Source: the human T2T-CHM13v2.0 reference genome, Homo sapiens. Taken from it: a stretch of 64,000 nucleotides of DNA. This document shows positions 1 to 14,342 of the stretch, one piece after another (the first letter of the stretch is position 1; each line of letters begins with the position of its first letter). The notes under the pieces are model-generated. The model saw only the letters and a list, made by a program, of their open reading frames with translations. It did no database searches and was not told where the DNA came from. The stretch is from assembly GCF_009914755.1 (NCBI RefSeq), contig NC_060930.1. One strand, written 5' to 3'. A program made the position numbers and the translations under genes.

Positions 1-23
1 CCCAATCTACCTAAAGCTCCAAA

Positions 24-294
24 GCTTCCCCCAGTAGAAGTTTTGTTTTTTGCTTATAGACATTTCACTTTTCCTGCAAGTCCTATTAGTTGAGTGACTA
101 AAAAATCTGCAGAGTTTACTTATAGAAGTACTTTTATTGATTAATCCAAAGAGAAACTTAAGCTTTTAAATCAGGTAAAAAGGGGCATCAAACACAATAC
201 ATTGAACTTTTAATTAACAACACTGGAAGCATTTTTGGGCCCACAACAATTTAACTCACTTCAAGTCCAATTTAACTTATTTCAAGTCACTAGA
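24..294 (+). repeat. Inverted repeat arm A (pairs with 2533-2781)
   Basis: 24-112 is the reverse complement of 2693-2781 at 87/89; homology continues with more mismatches to about 294; internal 21 bp tandem duplication 247-288. Confidence 0.95.
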
Positions 295-576
295 AGGAGT
301 GACCCCAGGGGAGGGCTCATCGACAAGATCCTGCAGACACAGGGCTTTAACTCCAGACCCAGGAGACTCAGGTCAACAGCTAACAGCCCCTGCAAAAGTC
401 CATCACAGTCCATTCTCTAGAAGGTCTCCAGAAATGAGAACATCTAGTATTTCCACTAAGGAAAGCCAACAATTTGGAAATTCCCAACCCCCAACTCAAG
501 GGATCTGTGGCAAGGTGACTTGAGGAGTTTGGAGTCCATGTTGTTTTCCAAACACCAGTGAAGAAACAAACCTGGA

Positions 577-1175
577 GGATGGAAAAATAAACCATGGTAC
601 TCCATACAATGCAACAGTTTACAGCAGTGGAAGGACATTAACCACAGTTTCACACATCAATGTGGATGAATCTGAAAAAAATAATGTTGAAAGAAGAAAG
701 CAAGCCCGTGAATAATATATTCAACATGATTCTATTACATTAATTCACCAAAAAGGGCAAAACTAAAAATATATTGCTTGGGGATAAATAGTTAAATGAA
801 AAACTTAAAAAAAAAAAAAAAGAAAGAAATGATAACCATAAAAATCAGGAAAGTGAGGTTATTTAGAAGGACACTCCTTTGGGTCCACTCTTCTAAAACA
901 TGGGTTATCTGTGTTTTCAGCTAGATAGAGGGTATGTGGATATTCATTTCTATTATTATTCTTTAATTGTACATATTTCTTCTTTTTTTAATTAAAAAAA
1001 AATAGAGATGGGGTCTCACTACATTGCCTAGGCTGGTCTCAAACTCCTGGGCTCAAGCGATCCTCTTGCCTCAGCCTCCCAAAGTGCTGGGATTACAGGT
1101 GTGAGCCACCACACCCAGCCTGCACATATGTTTTACGTATGTTTTATCACCTTCATATATATTCCACAATTTTAA
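577..1175 (+). mobile_element. Old L1 (L1M, L1ME-like) 3' UTR fragment, interrupted by an Alu monomer
   Basis: motifs such as tggatgaatctgaaaaaaataatgttga and ggcaaaactaa typical of ancient L1 3' ends. Confidence 0.7.
983..1120 (-). mobile_element. Alu left monomer (FLAM_C/AluJ)
   Basis: Alu consensus match; degenerate TSD tg(t/c)acatat. Confidence 0.9.
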
Positions 1176-1186
1176 GAAGTAAGCAA

Positions 1187-1471
1187 GGCCAGGCATGGTG
1201 GTTCACGCCTCTAATCACAGCACTTTGGGAGGCTGAGGCAGGTGGATCACTTGAGCTCAGAAGTTCAAGACCAGCCTGGGCAACATGGCGAAACCCTGTC
1301 TCTACAAAAAAATTACAAAAATTAGCCAGGCATGGTCGCAGGTGCCTGTATTCCCAGTTACTCAGGAGGCTGAGGCAGGAGAATCGCTTGAGCCACAGAA
1401 GTGGAGACTGCAGTGAGCCAAGATTGTGCCACTGTACCCCAGCCTAGGCGATGGGATTGAAACACTGTCCC

Positions 1472-1502
<31 letters not shown>

Positions 1503-1520
1503 CAATAAAATAAAAATAAA
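1187..1520 (+). mobile_element. Alu (J/S) with (TAAA)n tail
   Basis: full dimer; TSD aagtaagca. Confidence 0.95.
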
Positions 1521-2532
1521 AAGTAAGCAGTGATTCTCTCCAAATATAAAAATTTAAAAATAAAGTAGATGAGTCAGGAGACTTCAATTAGGAGAGATTA
1601 ATCAACTACGGGAAGGTCAAGAATGCCCCCGGAATTCAGTAAGTCTTCACAATTAAAACAGGAAATTCCATTACATCTTCCCTGTTCCAAAGACCTGGAG
1701 GCTGCCAGGCATGAATCCCTGGGTTTGGTTTTTTTTTTTTGGTGGTTGGTAGCTTAGTTTTCTTCATGTTTGCGGAAAGATAATATATGGTTATTGGGGT
1801 GACCCTCTTCACAATTACTGCATTAAGAAACATACATTTTCAAATGACACTTAAGATAAATGAGAAGGGCCAGTAAAAAGGGAGCAGACCAAAATCTTTC
1901 ACGAGCTGCATGCCAAGAATCACATAAAAGCTTTTTAGCCCTTTCTCAATTTCCTCTAAGTCTTCAATCACCTTTTCACCAGTGTCTGAGCTAAGAATAT
2001 ACTAGACATCTTCATTTCTTATCTCAGATGTCAGTGAGGGCACAACTCTTAAAAACCTTTCCCTAAGATTCAACTAGCTTAGCAGCCCAGGAGAATAATA
2101 ACCAGTATTTACATGATCAGCCCTCTCAGGTCAGGCCCAGTCCTCAATCCTGTTGTATCTTCAGCACCCACTTCAATATCCGACACATGGAAGAGCTAAA
2201 AAATCTTTTACTTTAAGATATGACTCTCATATAACATGTTCACAGGTTAAAAATACATATGTACAAGACTCTAGAATTTTAAAATTATTTTTAAAACTTT
2301 AAAAAAATTATCAGGATCACTGAATAAATATATGTTAAAACTGTGAGATATCTGAGCAGAGATGATATTTCTAAGCATGTATTTCAGAAACCATTTGTTC
2401 ACGTGCTCAAAAAAGCCACTTACACAGATTCCAGCAGGACCCATACTTGATCTGCAATATTTTCCTGACACTAATTACAATACTAGTTAGAGCTGGTGAC
2501 AATAGACATTTTAGGGATTTTTCTGAACAATC

Positions 2533-2781
2533 TCTAGTCGTGGACTTGAAATAAGTTAAATTGCTATGGGCCCAATGATACTCTCAATGTTGTTACTTAA
2601 AAGTTCAATGTATTAGTGTGTTTGATGTCCCTTTTTTTCTGATGTAAAAGCTTCTCTTTGAATTAATCAATAAAAGTGCTTCTATAAGTAAACTGCAGAT
2701 TTTTTAGTCACTCAACTAATAGGACTCGCAGGAAAAATGAAATGTCTATAAGCAAAAAACAAAACTTCTACTGGGGGAAGC
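2533..2781 (-). repeat. Inverted repeat arm B (pairs with 24-294)
   Basis: reverse-complement match to the window start. Confidence 0.95.
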
Positions 2782-3304
2782 ACCTCTTAAAGCTTACATT
2801 TATGTTGCACTAAATATTCTTTTTTTGCCCAATTCTTCCTTACAAATGCAACAGAACAAGGACAAAGAGTTATAGGAAGGACGGCATGATAAGCCGAGAA
2901 GTGGATGAGAAGGGGCAAGACAGAGAAAAACGAAAGTTAAAAGAAGGCTGCTAAGAAGCAAAGTCTTCCAGATGTAGATGGAAACATACTGAGATAATTA
3001 TTTTTACATTCCATGCACAATATTTTCTTTTATTAGTGATCATAGCTGGGTATGAAATGAAAACTTAGCTGATTCAGAAGTGACAGCAACAAATTGCTAC
3101 AACGCTTAGGTTAACTGATTTCCCCACACCATATGATGGGCAATATCTAAAAAGACAGGAGACAGATGGATATAGTCCTAAGAAAATTTAGTATCTTTAT
3201 ATACAAGCTTCATGTCTGAATCAAATTAAATTCCCTTCTTCCTCTAAACACGCTCCCCCAAAAGAGAAAAAAATATATCAACAAATGCTTCCAGTGTATC
3301 CATC

Positions 3305-3650
3305 AGATTATCTGGGAGAATAATATCCAAGCGGAGGGACAGACAAGTGCAGAAACACTGAGGCAAGCGCATGCCTGGAGACGAAGATGTTAGGAAATAG
3401 TCTTCTTTGGGATGTATTCTGAAGTTAGAGCAAAGAGATTTGCTGATGAGTTGATCTGAGGTGTGCAGGTGAGAGAGGAATCATTGAGAACAAAGTTTTT
3501 CGCTTGAGCGGGAGGAAGAATAGGGTTGCCTTTGACTGAAATGAGAGGCTGTGGGAAGAGCTGATTTGGTGGAGGAAATGAGGAATTTGGTTTCAAACAT
3601 GCTAACTTTGAGATGCTTATTAGACATCTAAATGAGAAAGGCAATATGAG
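3305..3650 (-). mobile_element. L2 fragment
   Basis: catgctaactttgagatgcttattagacatcta matches the antisense L2 core. Confidence 0.75.
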
Positions 3651-4431
3651 GTCAAAATAAAGATGACACTTCAAGCTAGGGACCTGTGTGAGATTATTCA
3701 CTGTCTTGTGTGGAGTAAACACACATGGTTTCTCCATCATCACTTTGAAGGCACAAATCTAGCAGACAACTCACAAGAGAAAGCAAAAGATTTCCTGGAC
3801 ACTTTACTGGGAGAGAACACAAACAACAGTCCGTGGGCAGGAGCTGATAATCAACAGTATGTGCTTCAGTGTATGTGCACTGCATTTAAACAAAGTTTAT
3901 CACCTCAACACTTAATAAAGAACATGTCTAATTAGCAGCAGTTATTCTGTGAGAATTGGGGGGCTACCAGAGTAATGACGAAGGCAAACAGTGTTATCTG
4001 TTGGAAGGGTTTTTCAGGAGTAAGGACACTAAAATGTCAGTTAGCTCTGGAAATTAGTTATTAATGAAGAGGATACTTGGCTAGGAGAGCAGCAAATCAG
4101 AAGGAAAATTTAGTTAGCAGTATAAATAGCTACAATTACTAAATATGTCAGTTACTACTAACCTGCCCCTAACCCAACTCTTAAAGAGAATCTGCTGTGC
4201 CCACAGCACCAGAAGAGGCAGCTGTATCTATGATGCTCTTATGTAAAATGCTCATCTTATAATGAAGATGTCAGAACCAGACATATAATTAAAGTAGTCA
4301 TCATGTCCACGGTCCTACTAATTCTGAAAAGAAATGCATTGCTTATCTTGTATTAATATATAGAGTGACCAACATTCAGTTCTTGTAAACTTCCACGAAT
4401 TCCTAAATTTATCTGTCTCCTGGTGCATTTC

Positions 4432-4724
4432 TTTATTTTTTTGAGGCAGAGTCTCACTCTGTCACCCAGACTGGAATGCAGTGGCACAATCTTGGCTCAC
4501 TGCAACCTTCTGTCTCCTGGGTTCAAGTGATTCTCGTGCCTCAGTCTCCCGAGTAGCTGGGATAACAGGCACGCACCACCACACCCGGCTAATTTTTGTA
4601 TTTTTAGTAGAGATGGTGTTTCGCCATGTTGGCCAGGCTGGTCTTGAACTCCAGCCTCAAGTGATCTGCCTGCCTCGGCCTCCCAAAGTGCTGGTATTAC
4701 AGGTGTGAGCCACCATGCCTGGCC
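4432..4724 (-). mobile_element. AluS
   Basis: full dimer; TSD cctggt(g/a)c(a/g)tttctt. Confidence 0.95.
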
Positions 4725-4989
4725 CCTGGTACGTTTCTTTAAAACACATGTAGGAGGTTTTTCTGATATTTAGAACAAAGTTTCACCAGCTGCTTCTCGG
4801 CTAGAAGGCATCCCCAATTATATACTCACTGGAAAAGCATCGGACTAATAAGGAGACTGAAATTTTCTTTGACGTAAAAATTACTTATAATCTCAGAGTG
4901 TAATAAGTGGAGAATGTTTAAGTATATTAGGATATATTCAGATGATAAACAACTTGTAGCTACTATCTGAAAGTAGTTCCTTAAAATGT

Positions 4990-5884
4990 AATCAGAATCC
5001 AACAATTCCACTTCTGGGAATATACCCAAAAGAAGAGAAAGCAGGGACTGGGCGCGGTGGCTCATACCTGTAATCTCGGCACTTTGGGAGGTCGAGGCAG
5101 GCAGATCACTTCAGATCAGGAGTTCGAGACCAGCTGCGCCAACATGGTGAAACCTCATCTCTACTAAAAATACAAAAATTAGCCAGGTGTGGTGGTGCAT
5201 GTGACTGCAGTCCCCGCTACTCAGGGGGCTGAGATGCAAGAATTGCTTGAACCCAGGAGACAGGGGTTGCAGTGAGCTGAGATCACACCATGCCCTCCAG
5301 ACTGGGCAACAGAGCAAGACTCTGTCTCAAAAAAAAAAAAAGTGAATGCAGGAACTTAAACAGATAAAAAGTGAATGCAGGAACTTGAACAGATATTTGC
5401 ATACCAGTATTCATAGCAGGATTACTGACAACAGTCAAAAGGTAGAAACAACCCAAGTGTCCATCAGTGGACAAATTAATAAACAAAATGGGGTATATAC
5501 TACAATGGAATATTATTCAGCCATAAATAGGAAGGGAAGTCTGATACATGCTACAACATGGATGAACATTATGCTAAGTGAAATAAGACAGACACAAAAG
5601 GATAAACACTGTATGATTCTACTTACATGAGGTACCCAGAGTAGTTAAATTCATAGAGACAGAAAGTAGAAGAGCAGTTCCCAGGGGCTTGGTTGGGGGT
5701 GGGGGACAGAAAATAAGGAGTTATTTAATGGGTATAGACTTTCTGTTTGGGATGATGAAGAAGTTCTGAAAATGAATAGTGGTGATGGCTGCATAACACT
5801 GTGAATGTATTTGATACCACTGAATTGTACACTTTTAAACGGCTAAAATGATCAATTTTAAGTATATTTTGCCACAATAAAAAT
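4990..5884 (+). mobile_element. L1MB-like 3' end, interrupted by an Alu
   Basis: caattccacttctgggaatatacccaaa, acccaagtgtccatcagtgg, gccacaataaaa; 29 bp tandem duplication 5337-5394. Confidence 0.9.
5046..5340 (+). mobile_element. AluS
   Basis: full dimer with A tail. Confidence 0.95.
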
Positions 5885-7352
5885 ATGAATCAGAGTACAA
5901 TTAATTTCCCACCTCCATAATTGCTAGGTACTGAGACAGAGAAAAAGAGTGAGATTTCTCTCAGAGGCAACGGGATGGTGAGGATATGGGAGGCTGGTCC
6001 AGGCAAGAAGACTCTTGGAATAAACAAGCAACTTCCACCTGGCAGGCCTCTTGGCGTGAGCCCGTGCAGCACCAGAGCAGCACCCCCTACACTCCAGAGG
6101 CTGGCACCAGCAGACAGCAACAACACCCTGACCACTCACAGTCATCAGCCAGCTGATATGTGAAAGACAGGCTTCAGCAAGAGAAAGGCAGTCTAGAATC
6201 TTTCTGTCCTGTATACTGTGCAAAATCACACAGGCTGCGAGAAAATGCAATATATGAAAGCTGAAGACCTCCTGCAGAAATTTAGGTATCTACTTCCCAG
6301 GCTGGTTTAAGTATGGAAAAATAAACTGAAGTCTGTGAAGCTAGTCACCTGGGCCAACTCATCCCATCTTCATCAGACTTTGCACAGTACAGTTTCATGA
6401 ACCAAAATGACTACCCCTCATGTGCATGCTTCTCTATAGCGTAGGTATTTTGTGTGAACATATTTTTGGGGTTTATTTTCTAAAATGTTCAAAGTACTCC
6501 AAACCTGTCTCAGATGAAGTTCAAGGAAACCTTTCCACACCAGTTGGAATCAGTAACATGAGAGAATCTAGACACTCTCAGAGCCCTAAGGTGGTGGTGT
6601 CAGTGGATCCAGACAGCTACAGAACCTGGGAATACCAGGTGCTAGCCACATCAGAGGCCACCACCAAAGGGCAGAGGAGCCACAATGGGTTCTACTTCAT
6701 GGACCAAAGTGCTGCAAAGGGATTGAGGGAAAAGGAAATCCGGAGTTCACTTTATTCTGCTGTATCTATTATGCTACAAGGAGACTACAAAGCAGTCAAA
6801 TGCCTCACTATAAATACCTTCTCTTTGCTGCTCTGTATCATGCTGTCCAAGATAGTTTACCATTAGAACACCACAAAGTAAGAAACTGTATTTCCCTGCT
6901 TCAAGTAAGGTCACATGTGTTAAATGTCATCAGAATATAACCATGCAAAAAATTATGATGGTTAAAAAGATGTTCACAGAAAACACATAATAGAGGTCAC
7001 ATAAAGTCCTAAACTTCAACTTCAGAATACCTTTGGTCACATGAATCATTTAAACCTGAACTTAGAAAGAAAGACTGGTACATAATGGAAATGTATATTT
7101 CCATTATATAATGGAAAGAATTTAATGTAAGATCATAGACACTATAAATAACCTAAAAGCTAAACACAAGATTACAAACAATTTGATCATGTGAGCATTC
7201 CAGAATGAGCTCATGCCACAGCAATAACTCAAAAGAAAAGAATTTCTCAAAAAAAAAAACAAAAAAAAAAAAACAAAGGAGCTCTTTGAGAAAAAGGTAC
7301 AGGATTCTCACAATTTGTTAAATCACTACCTGCTTTGTAAAGCATATTTTAG

Positions 7353-8033
<681 letters not shown>

Positions 8034-9736
8034 TGGTTTTACCTTTCTGACCTCCTCCTGTAGCAGGAATGAGGCACTACATGCAAACACATTAGCCAGT
8101 CTTCATGATGGCACTAATCCCACAACCAGACAACAGTCAACGGCACAGTTGAAAGACAGCTGACAAGAAGGGCAACTGTTACACAAGACTCACTGAACCT
8201 TAAGTCAAACAAACAGGACTAAAAATGGGGCTACAGTCTGCCTGCAATGCTTAAAAAGATATCATTTGTGAAGTGTATTATCCTTTTGCTCTCTGAAGGA
8301 TAAAAGGACTTAACAGGTGACAAAACTTGGCCAAGTGCTACGGAAACTAGAAAGGAGAACAACATTACCCCTTTCCTGGAAAAAAAAGAAGCACAATTTA
8401 TTTTGAAACTTTCATCAATATACATTAAACCATTTGGGAGTATTTACTTAGGAAGGAGATGAAAGAAGTACCAGCTTAGCGGGCATTGTGAAGCACCATG
8501 AGAATGTATAAGGGAGAGCTCACAAATGCCTAATTCCTTAGCTTCCTAATACAGGCACTGAACAAGAAGTAACAAATTCCTCAGGTGATAAATCATTTTT
8601 TAAAATAACGGATTCATGCATTTCCACAGAGACAGTAATTATTTTAATTTCCTGGAAACAGGGTAATAGGAAAGGAACTTACGTTATCAGGAAAAACAGC
8701 ATTCAGAAGCTATCTTGCATTTGCTAAAGTTGCCTGACCTCAGAGTTCATACAAAGGCTGAGTGGTACTGCCAAATTAGCTGGGCAGGATGGAAGGTAGA
8801 CTAGAAGAACCTGGATTTGCCACACTTTGCCATAACCTTCCCTGGGACAGAAAATCCAGGGAGTTAAGTAAGTTTCCACAATAGACCACAGGGCTGGGAA
8901 AAGAAAAGGGACAGTGGTGATCTCACTACCACTACCCTGGAGTTCAGAGGATTTTAACACGCTTCTAACAGGCTTTCTCAAGCATGAGTTCACTTGATCA
9001 TTGTGAAAATCCAAACTGTTTACAGACCAATGTTCCCATTTACAGAATACGGTTTACACAAGGGGTTAAGGAACTTGCCTAGAATTTGGTAGACTCAGGC
9101 TTAAAAATTGTTCTCTGTATTCTAAGTGTTTTCTCCACTAATCAACATCCGGCAGGTTCATTTTTGATTAACAAAGGGCCTTCCTAAAATATCAATGAAA
9201 CACACATATATGCATAATATCCTTGCTGTTCTTTCACGGGAAAACACCACATTCTTAAGGCTTTGTTTTTTATGTGTGATGTTACACACTTATTATTCCT
9301 AAAATGTTAAAGGCCAAACTGTGAGAGCTTTCACATAATAAAGTGCTATTTCTAGTGCTAGAGTTTTGTTCTTGGTTGACCAGTTTATTCTAAGGTCACG
9401 AGAGCTGGATTATCACTTTAGCTTTGTCTTATTTTGCTACCTTATACAAATTCTTTACTGTTCTTTCAGATTTTGATGAGATCTTCCTCTTTCAAATGGA
9501 TATCAAACACAATTTGCACTCATGAAATAGTATTCCATGGAGTCTTAAGAGAAGTGATGTGGCATAAAAGAATCAATTCTAACTAATGGGGCTATTGAGT
9601 ACCTATTGAACACTTACCATGTGTTTAGCACCATGTAGTAAAATAAGAAGTGATAAAGGTACCCTAAAAACTCACATGTTGGGAAGGCAAAATAAAAACC
9701 AGGGACACAAAATATTGCATTCTTGATGCTTTGTTC

Positions 9737-9877
9737 TTATTTATTTTTAAACTTTTTCTTAGAAATAGGATCCTGCTATGTTGCCTAGGCTGGTCTCAAA
9801 CTCCTGGACTCAAGTGATCTTCCTACTTCAGCCTCCCTGGTAAGTGGGACTTCAGGCATGCACCACCTCACCTGGTT
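9737..9877 (-). mobile_element. Alu monomer (FLAM)
   Basis: single-arm Alu match. Confidence 0.85.
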
Positions 9878-10146
9878 CCATGAAGCTCTGTGGTCATAAA
9901 TGACAACATTGTAAGACTGGACAATAGAAGACAGTAACAACTGTGTGTTCATGACAGCGTAGGTATTAGAGCCTCAGAAAAACTTTTAAATGCGATTTCT
10001 TCTAATGATAATGGGAAAAAAATGCAGAAAGTATAAAAGAAAAATAAAGAGCCCCAGTAATCCCATTATCCAGACATAAGATAACTATTGTTAAACAATA
10101 ATGGTAAATTTTCCTTCTAGATTTGTTTCTATGCTTCTGTTCCCCA

Positions 10147-10334
10147 CAATGGTTCCCAAACTGTGGTCCCCAGACTAACAGCATCAGCATCACCTGGAAA
10201 CTCACTGGAAAAGCAAATGCTTGAGCCCCACTGCAGACCTACTGAATAAGAAACTCTAGGGGAAGACACAGCAATCTGTGTTTTAATAAGCCCTCCAGGT
10301 GACTCCGATGTATGTCAAAGTTTGAGAACCACCG
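10147..10334 (+). mobile_element. MER5A (hAT-Charlie MITE)
   Basis: TIRs caatggttcccaaa ... tttgagaaccaccg; core agcatcagcatcacctgg. Confidence 0.9.
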
Positions 10335-11259
10335 ACACATGCTAGACACACACACAGATACACACACATAACTTTTCCCCTCCCAAATGGGGTTATGGTA
10401 GACATACTGTTTAAAATTTTACATCCATATTTGGCACCAGGCTTATATTTTGAAAATCACCTAAATATTGCATAAATACTGTATTGTATGCCCGAATGCC
10501 TTGTACATCGGTGAACAACATCACAAAATGCTTCATAGAACTAATGCAATTAAACACCAAGAGTCAGCCAGACTAAAGCATTGCTGGCTGAATAAACAAG
10601 TCATTTAGTAACGTTGCGACCTTATGAAATCCATTTTAGAAATTCTGCATAGTTGCATAAGGTTTTTAGATCTTCTTTTTAAAAAATAAGGAACATCTGC
10701 ATTAGCTTCTTGATCCTGCCTGTGAATCTATTTTGGGGTTACTTAGAAACTTGCTTTTGTTTTCCAACATTCTGGCACTGAGCAAACAGTTCTCTGACCC
10801 ACCAATCTGACACACCGGAACTGTCACCTCAACACCCTTGTATTTGCCTTCTCCCCACCCCACCACAGCACAGCACTACTGTACAGATTCCAGAAACGCT
10901 ATGCAAGCTCCTACAGCTTGTATGCAGGCCAGAGGCCTTGACTCAGATAGCAGAGAGAGGGTTGAAGCGAGGAGGAAGTCTGTGAGAATGGAAAGAAAAA
11001 AAAAAAAAACTGGGGTAAGTGGCACCAACATCCCATGGAGATTTTGCTTAATTTGGCCAAATTATTTTTCCAGTTCTGGAATACATCCCTTTCCAAATCT
11101 CTGCCAACCCCAAGGAAATCACAATACGGTAAAGCAGAGGAAAAAGTCAAGCTTTTCATTTGCTCAAGGTCACCCAAAAAGCTTAATTAGAAAAAAAAAT
11201 TAATTCACAGTAAGATAAGAATATCTAAAGTGTATCATTGTTTCTTTAAAAGAAGAGAA

Positions 11260-11335
11260 AGGCTCTGTGACCTCGGCCATATCCTTGAACCTTCCTGGGC
11301 CCAGTTTCTCTTCTATTAATAATGAAAAGAATGGC
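11260..11335 (+). mobile_element. MIR core fragment
   Basis: ctgtgacctcggc...cccagtttctc. Confidence 0.55.
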
Positions 11336-11512
11336 TGGAGAACATGAATTTAAGAGTTGTCAAGTGATGGGAACAAAGGAAACCCAAGAAAGTGCAGGTA
11401 TAACATGATTTTACAGCACCTATAAAAGATGTACTGGTTGGCAATCTCTCCTCTTAACCAAGAAAGAGTGCATACCAACTGCATCTTTCTTTGTTAGAAA
11501 CCTCCTGAGCTC

Positions 11513-11767
<255 letters not shown>

Positions 11768-12697
11768 TAACTAAATGGGACATAAGAAGGAGTAGAAATC
11801 AGAATGATCAAACCAACAATTTAGATTTTTTTTTAAGTTTATTGATTTCCTGACACGGGAAAAATATTATGTACAGTTCCAAAAGCAACTACTTTAACAA
11901 GTTCTGATTCTAAGTATGAGTGAAATATAAACTTCCAATGCAGAAGCAATAGTGTGTTTCTGTGGTTCACTTTTACCTTCAACACAAAGCATTAGAAATG
12001 CCTTTCTTCTAATGGGAAATTTCAACTAGTTCGACCTGCCTGCCTAGCTCCCCACCAAAGCCTGGCACAGTAGCTTAATAATCACATTTATCTCAGCCAG
12101 CTCCTGGAGCGCCTTTCAAACATATCCCTTAGTCCTGCTTTTATCTTATTACAATGCAATGTAACTATGGAAACATAGGATTTCAAGTTATATTTTCTCT
12201 CACAGATAAAGAAAGCTGCCTTTTATAACTCAATTCAATCTAAATTGTGTCGTTAGGGTCAACTTTTATTTTTTTTTGAAGAATGCGAAAAAGTAAACAT
12301 TTAAGTTGAAAAGAATAAAAAGACAAGCATTTTCATAAAATCCAGGACACAGTTTCTTCGTAATTACAAAAGGCACCTCTTTCCATCTCTCACACTACTG
12401 TCTAATGGCCACAGGACATTGGCCTTCTTCAAATTCTTAAGTGACCTGTGTGAGGTCAGAGCAGAGGGCCCGGCTTCTAGCGTGCACTTGCAGGTAGGCA
12501 AGAAAAGAAACCTACACCAGTTGCTTAAGTGCAGACGAGAGCGGCTGAACACCATCCCATTCCTAATTAGGAACTTTCAACTCTCCCTATGCTACATGCT
12601 CCCAAAGCTAAAAAGCCAAATGAAATATTCCAGCAGGTAGTATTCTAAAATCATAAATACAGAATCCCCAATAATATCATAATAAAAAGACGCCGAA

Positions 12698-12994
12698 GGC
12701 CAGGCACCGTGGGTCATGCCTGTAATCCCAAAACTCTGGGAGACAGAGGCAGAGAGGATCACTTGAGCCCAGAAATTCGAGACCAGCCTGGGCAACATAG
12801 GGAAACCCTGTCTCTACAAAAATATTAAAAATTAGCAGGGCATGGTGGCACATCCCTGTGGTCTCACCTACTTGGGAGGCCGAGGTGGGAGGATCGTTTG
12901 AGCCCAGGAGGTAGAGGCTGTGGTGAGCCATGACTGCACCACTGACTCCAGCCTGGGCAACCAAGCAATACCCTGTCTCCAAAAAAAAAAAAAA
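12698..12994 (+). mobile_element. AluJ
   Basis: full dimer; TSD aaaagac... Confidence 0.95.
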
Positions 12995-13674
12995 GACACT
13001 TAAAAATAATACTCTTGTGCTGTTTGTCATAAATATGGCCACCATCTAATGTAAAATGTGACTCAATTTTCACTAGTAATAACCAAACATATCAGTTTCA
13101 CAAGGGTCCCTTTACCTTGCAGTGAGGCAGATCCTGTATTGATTTATTACTGCAATACCTGAAGCAAGTTCCTTTACACCTGTGCTCCAGGCTTCCCACC
13201 ACGCTAAGGGCAACAGCAACTTCACTTGTTGGCCCAAAATAAATATTTAATAACAAAAGCTTATTTTTGGCTAGTTGTGTTATTTTCACCATTTACCTGG
13301 GGAGGGGGAGGAATACTAAAAGGCCAAAATGGTTCTCTCTCTCATGAGTGGGATTGGAAATATTTTTTTCTTATCTGTGTTTTCTATAGCTGTCCTGAAT
13401 AAATGTCACAATCAGACTTGGAAGAAACACTGTCCTTGGCAAAGAATAATTCCTACTAAGGATAGGCAGTTTAAGGCTCAAGCCCTGAGCTATTTCTGCT
13501 GAGCCCCCATGGGATCAGAGAGGAAAATTCAGCACCACAGAGACCTGGCTCAGCTCAGCAGGCAGCTGGGTCCTCACTATGGTCCCTACCTGGCCCCCAC
13601 CTGTTGGAGTGGCTCAGTTCAGAGAAAAACGACACATCCTGCGCTCTCTTGTCTGTGCCAAGTGATCAGAAGCT

Positions 13675-13759
13675 CAGTTCTGGGGCTGGGGCTGTGCAAA
13701 CTATTTTTCTACAAGCAACCAAGTGACTCTAACATGTAGCCAGTGTTGAAAACCACTGC
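13675..13759 (+). mobile_element. MER5-family fragment
   Basis: aagtgactctaacatgtagccagtgttgaaaaccactg terminus. Confidence 0.6.
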
Positions 13760-14342
13760 CCCAACAGATCCACGAACCTCTAAGCACCAATTTCCCATAA
13801 AAAGGAGGGGGAATTTAAATTCTCTCATAAAATGTAGCTCTCTCTCCGTAACTGAAAAGGAGGAACTACCCTTGACAGTCTCATAAAACTGTACCCTTGT
13901 GAACAAAAATGTTTATCCACTTCAATTTTTACAAGTATATAACAAAAAGCTAGTTACTTTCAAAATTCAAAAGTTGATGTACACTACATTGATTAGTACA
14001 AATGAAGCTCTTAAAAAGATAAAATTATTCATTTCCAACCAGATTCTTGAGTTAAGATAAAATCTGATGGTTTGATTGGCTTTGAAGAGATCTTAAAGCC
14101 ATATTTCCTCTCTTTAAACTATAGCTCCTTTCATCTTATGCTGACTGTGCACAGAGGTTTTTTTTCTTAACGAAAAGACAGACATTTCTGCTAATGAGAA
14201 AAAAGCCCACACTGACCAACTCAAACACATATGAATGATTAAAAGTAACTTCATATTACTTATGTCAAAGTCCAGGTTAATTTGACATTATCAGAACAAT
14301 TCATCCAGGGAGAGGGCTGAGCCTCTCTTCATTGCCCCTAAC

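Noticed and set aside
24-2781. DNA transposon with long terminal inverted repeats
   Set aside because: No TSD, no known terminal motif, and the interior is ordinary L1, Alu and unique sequence.
6420-6866. 148 aa ORF in non-Alu sequence
   Set aside because: No recognisable domain, codon bias or splice context; compatible with chance.
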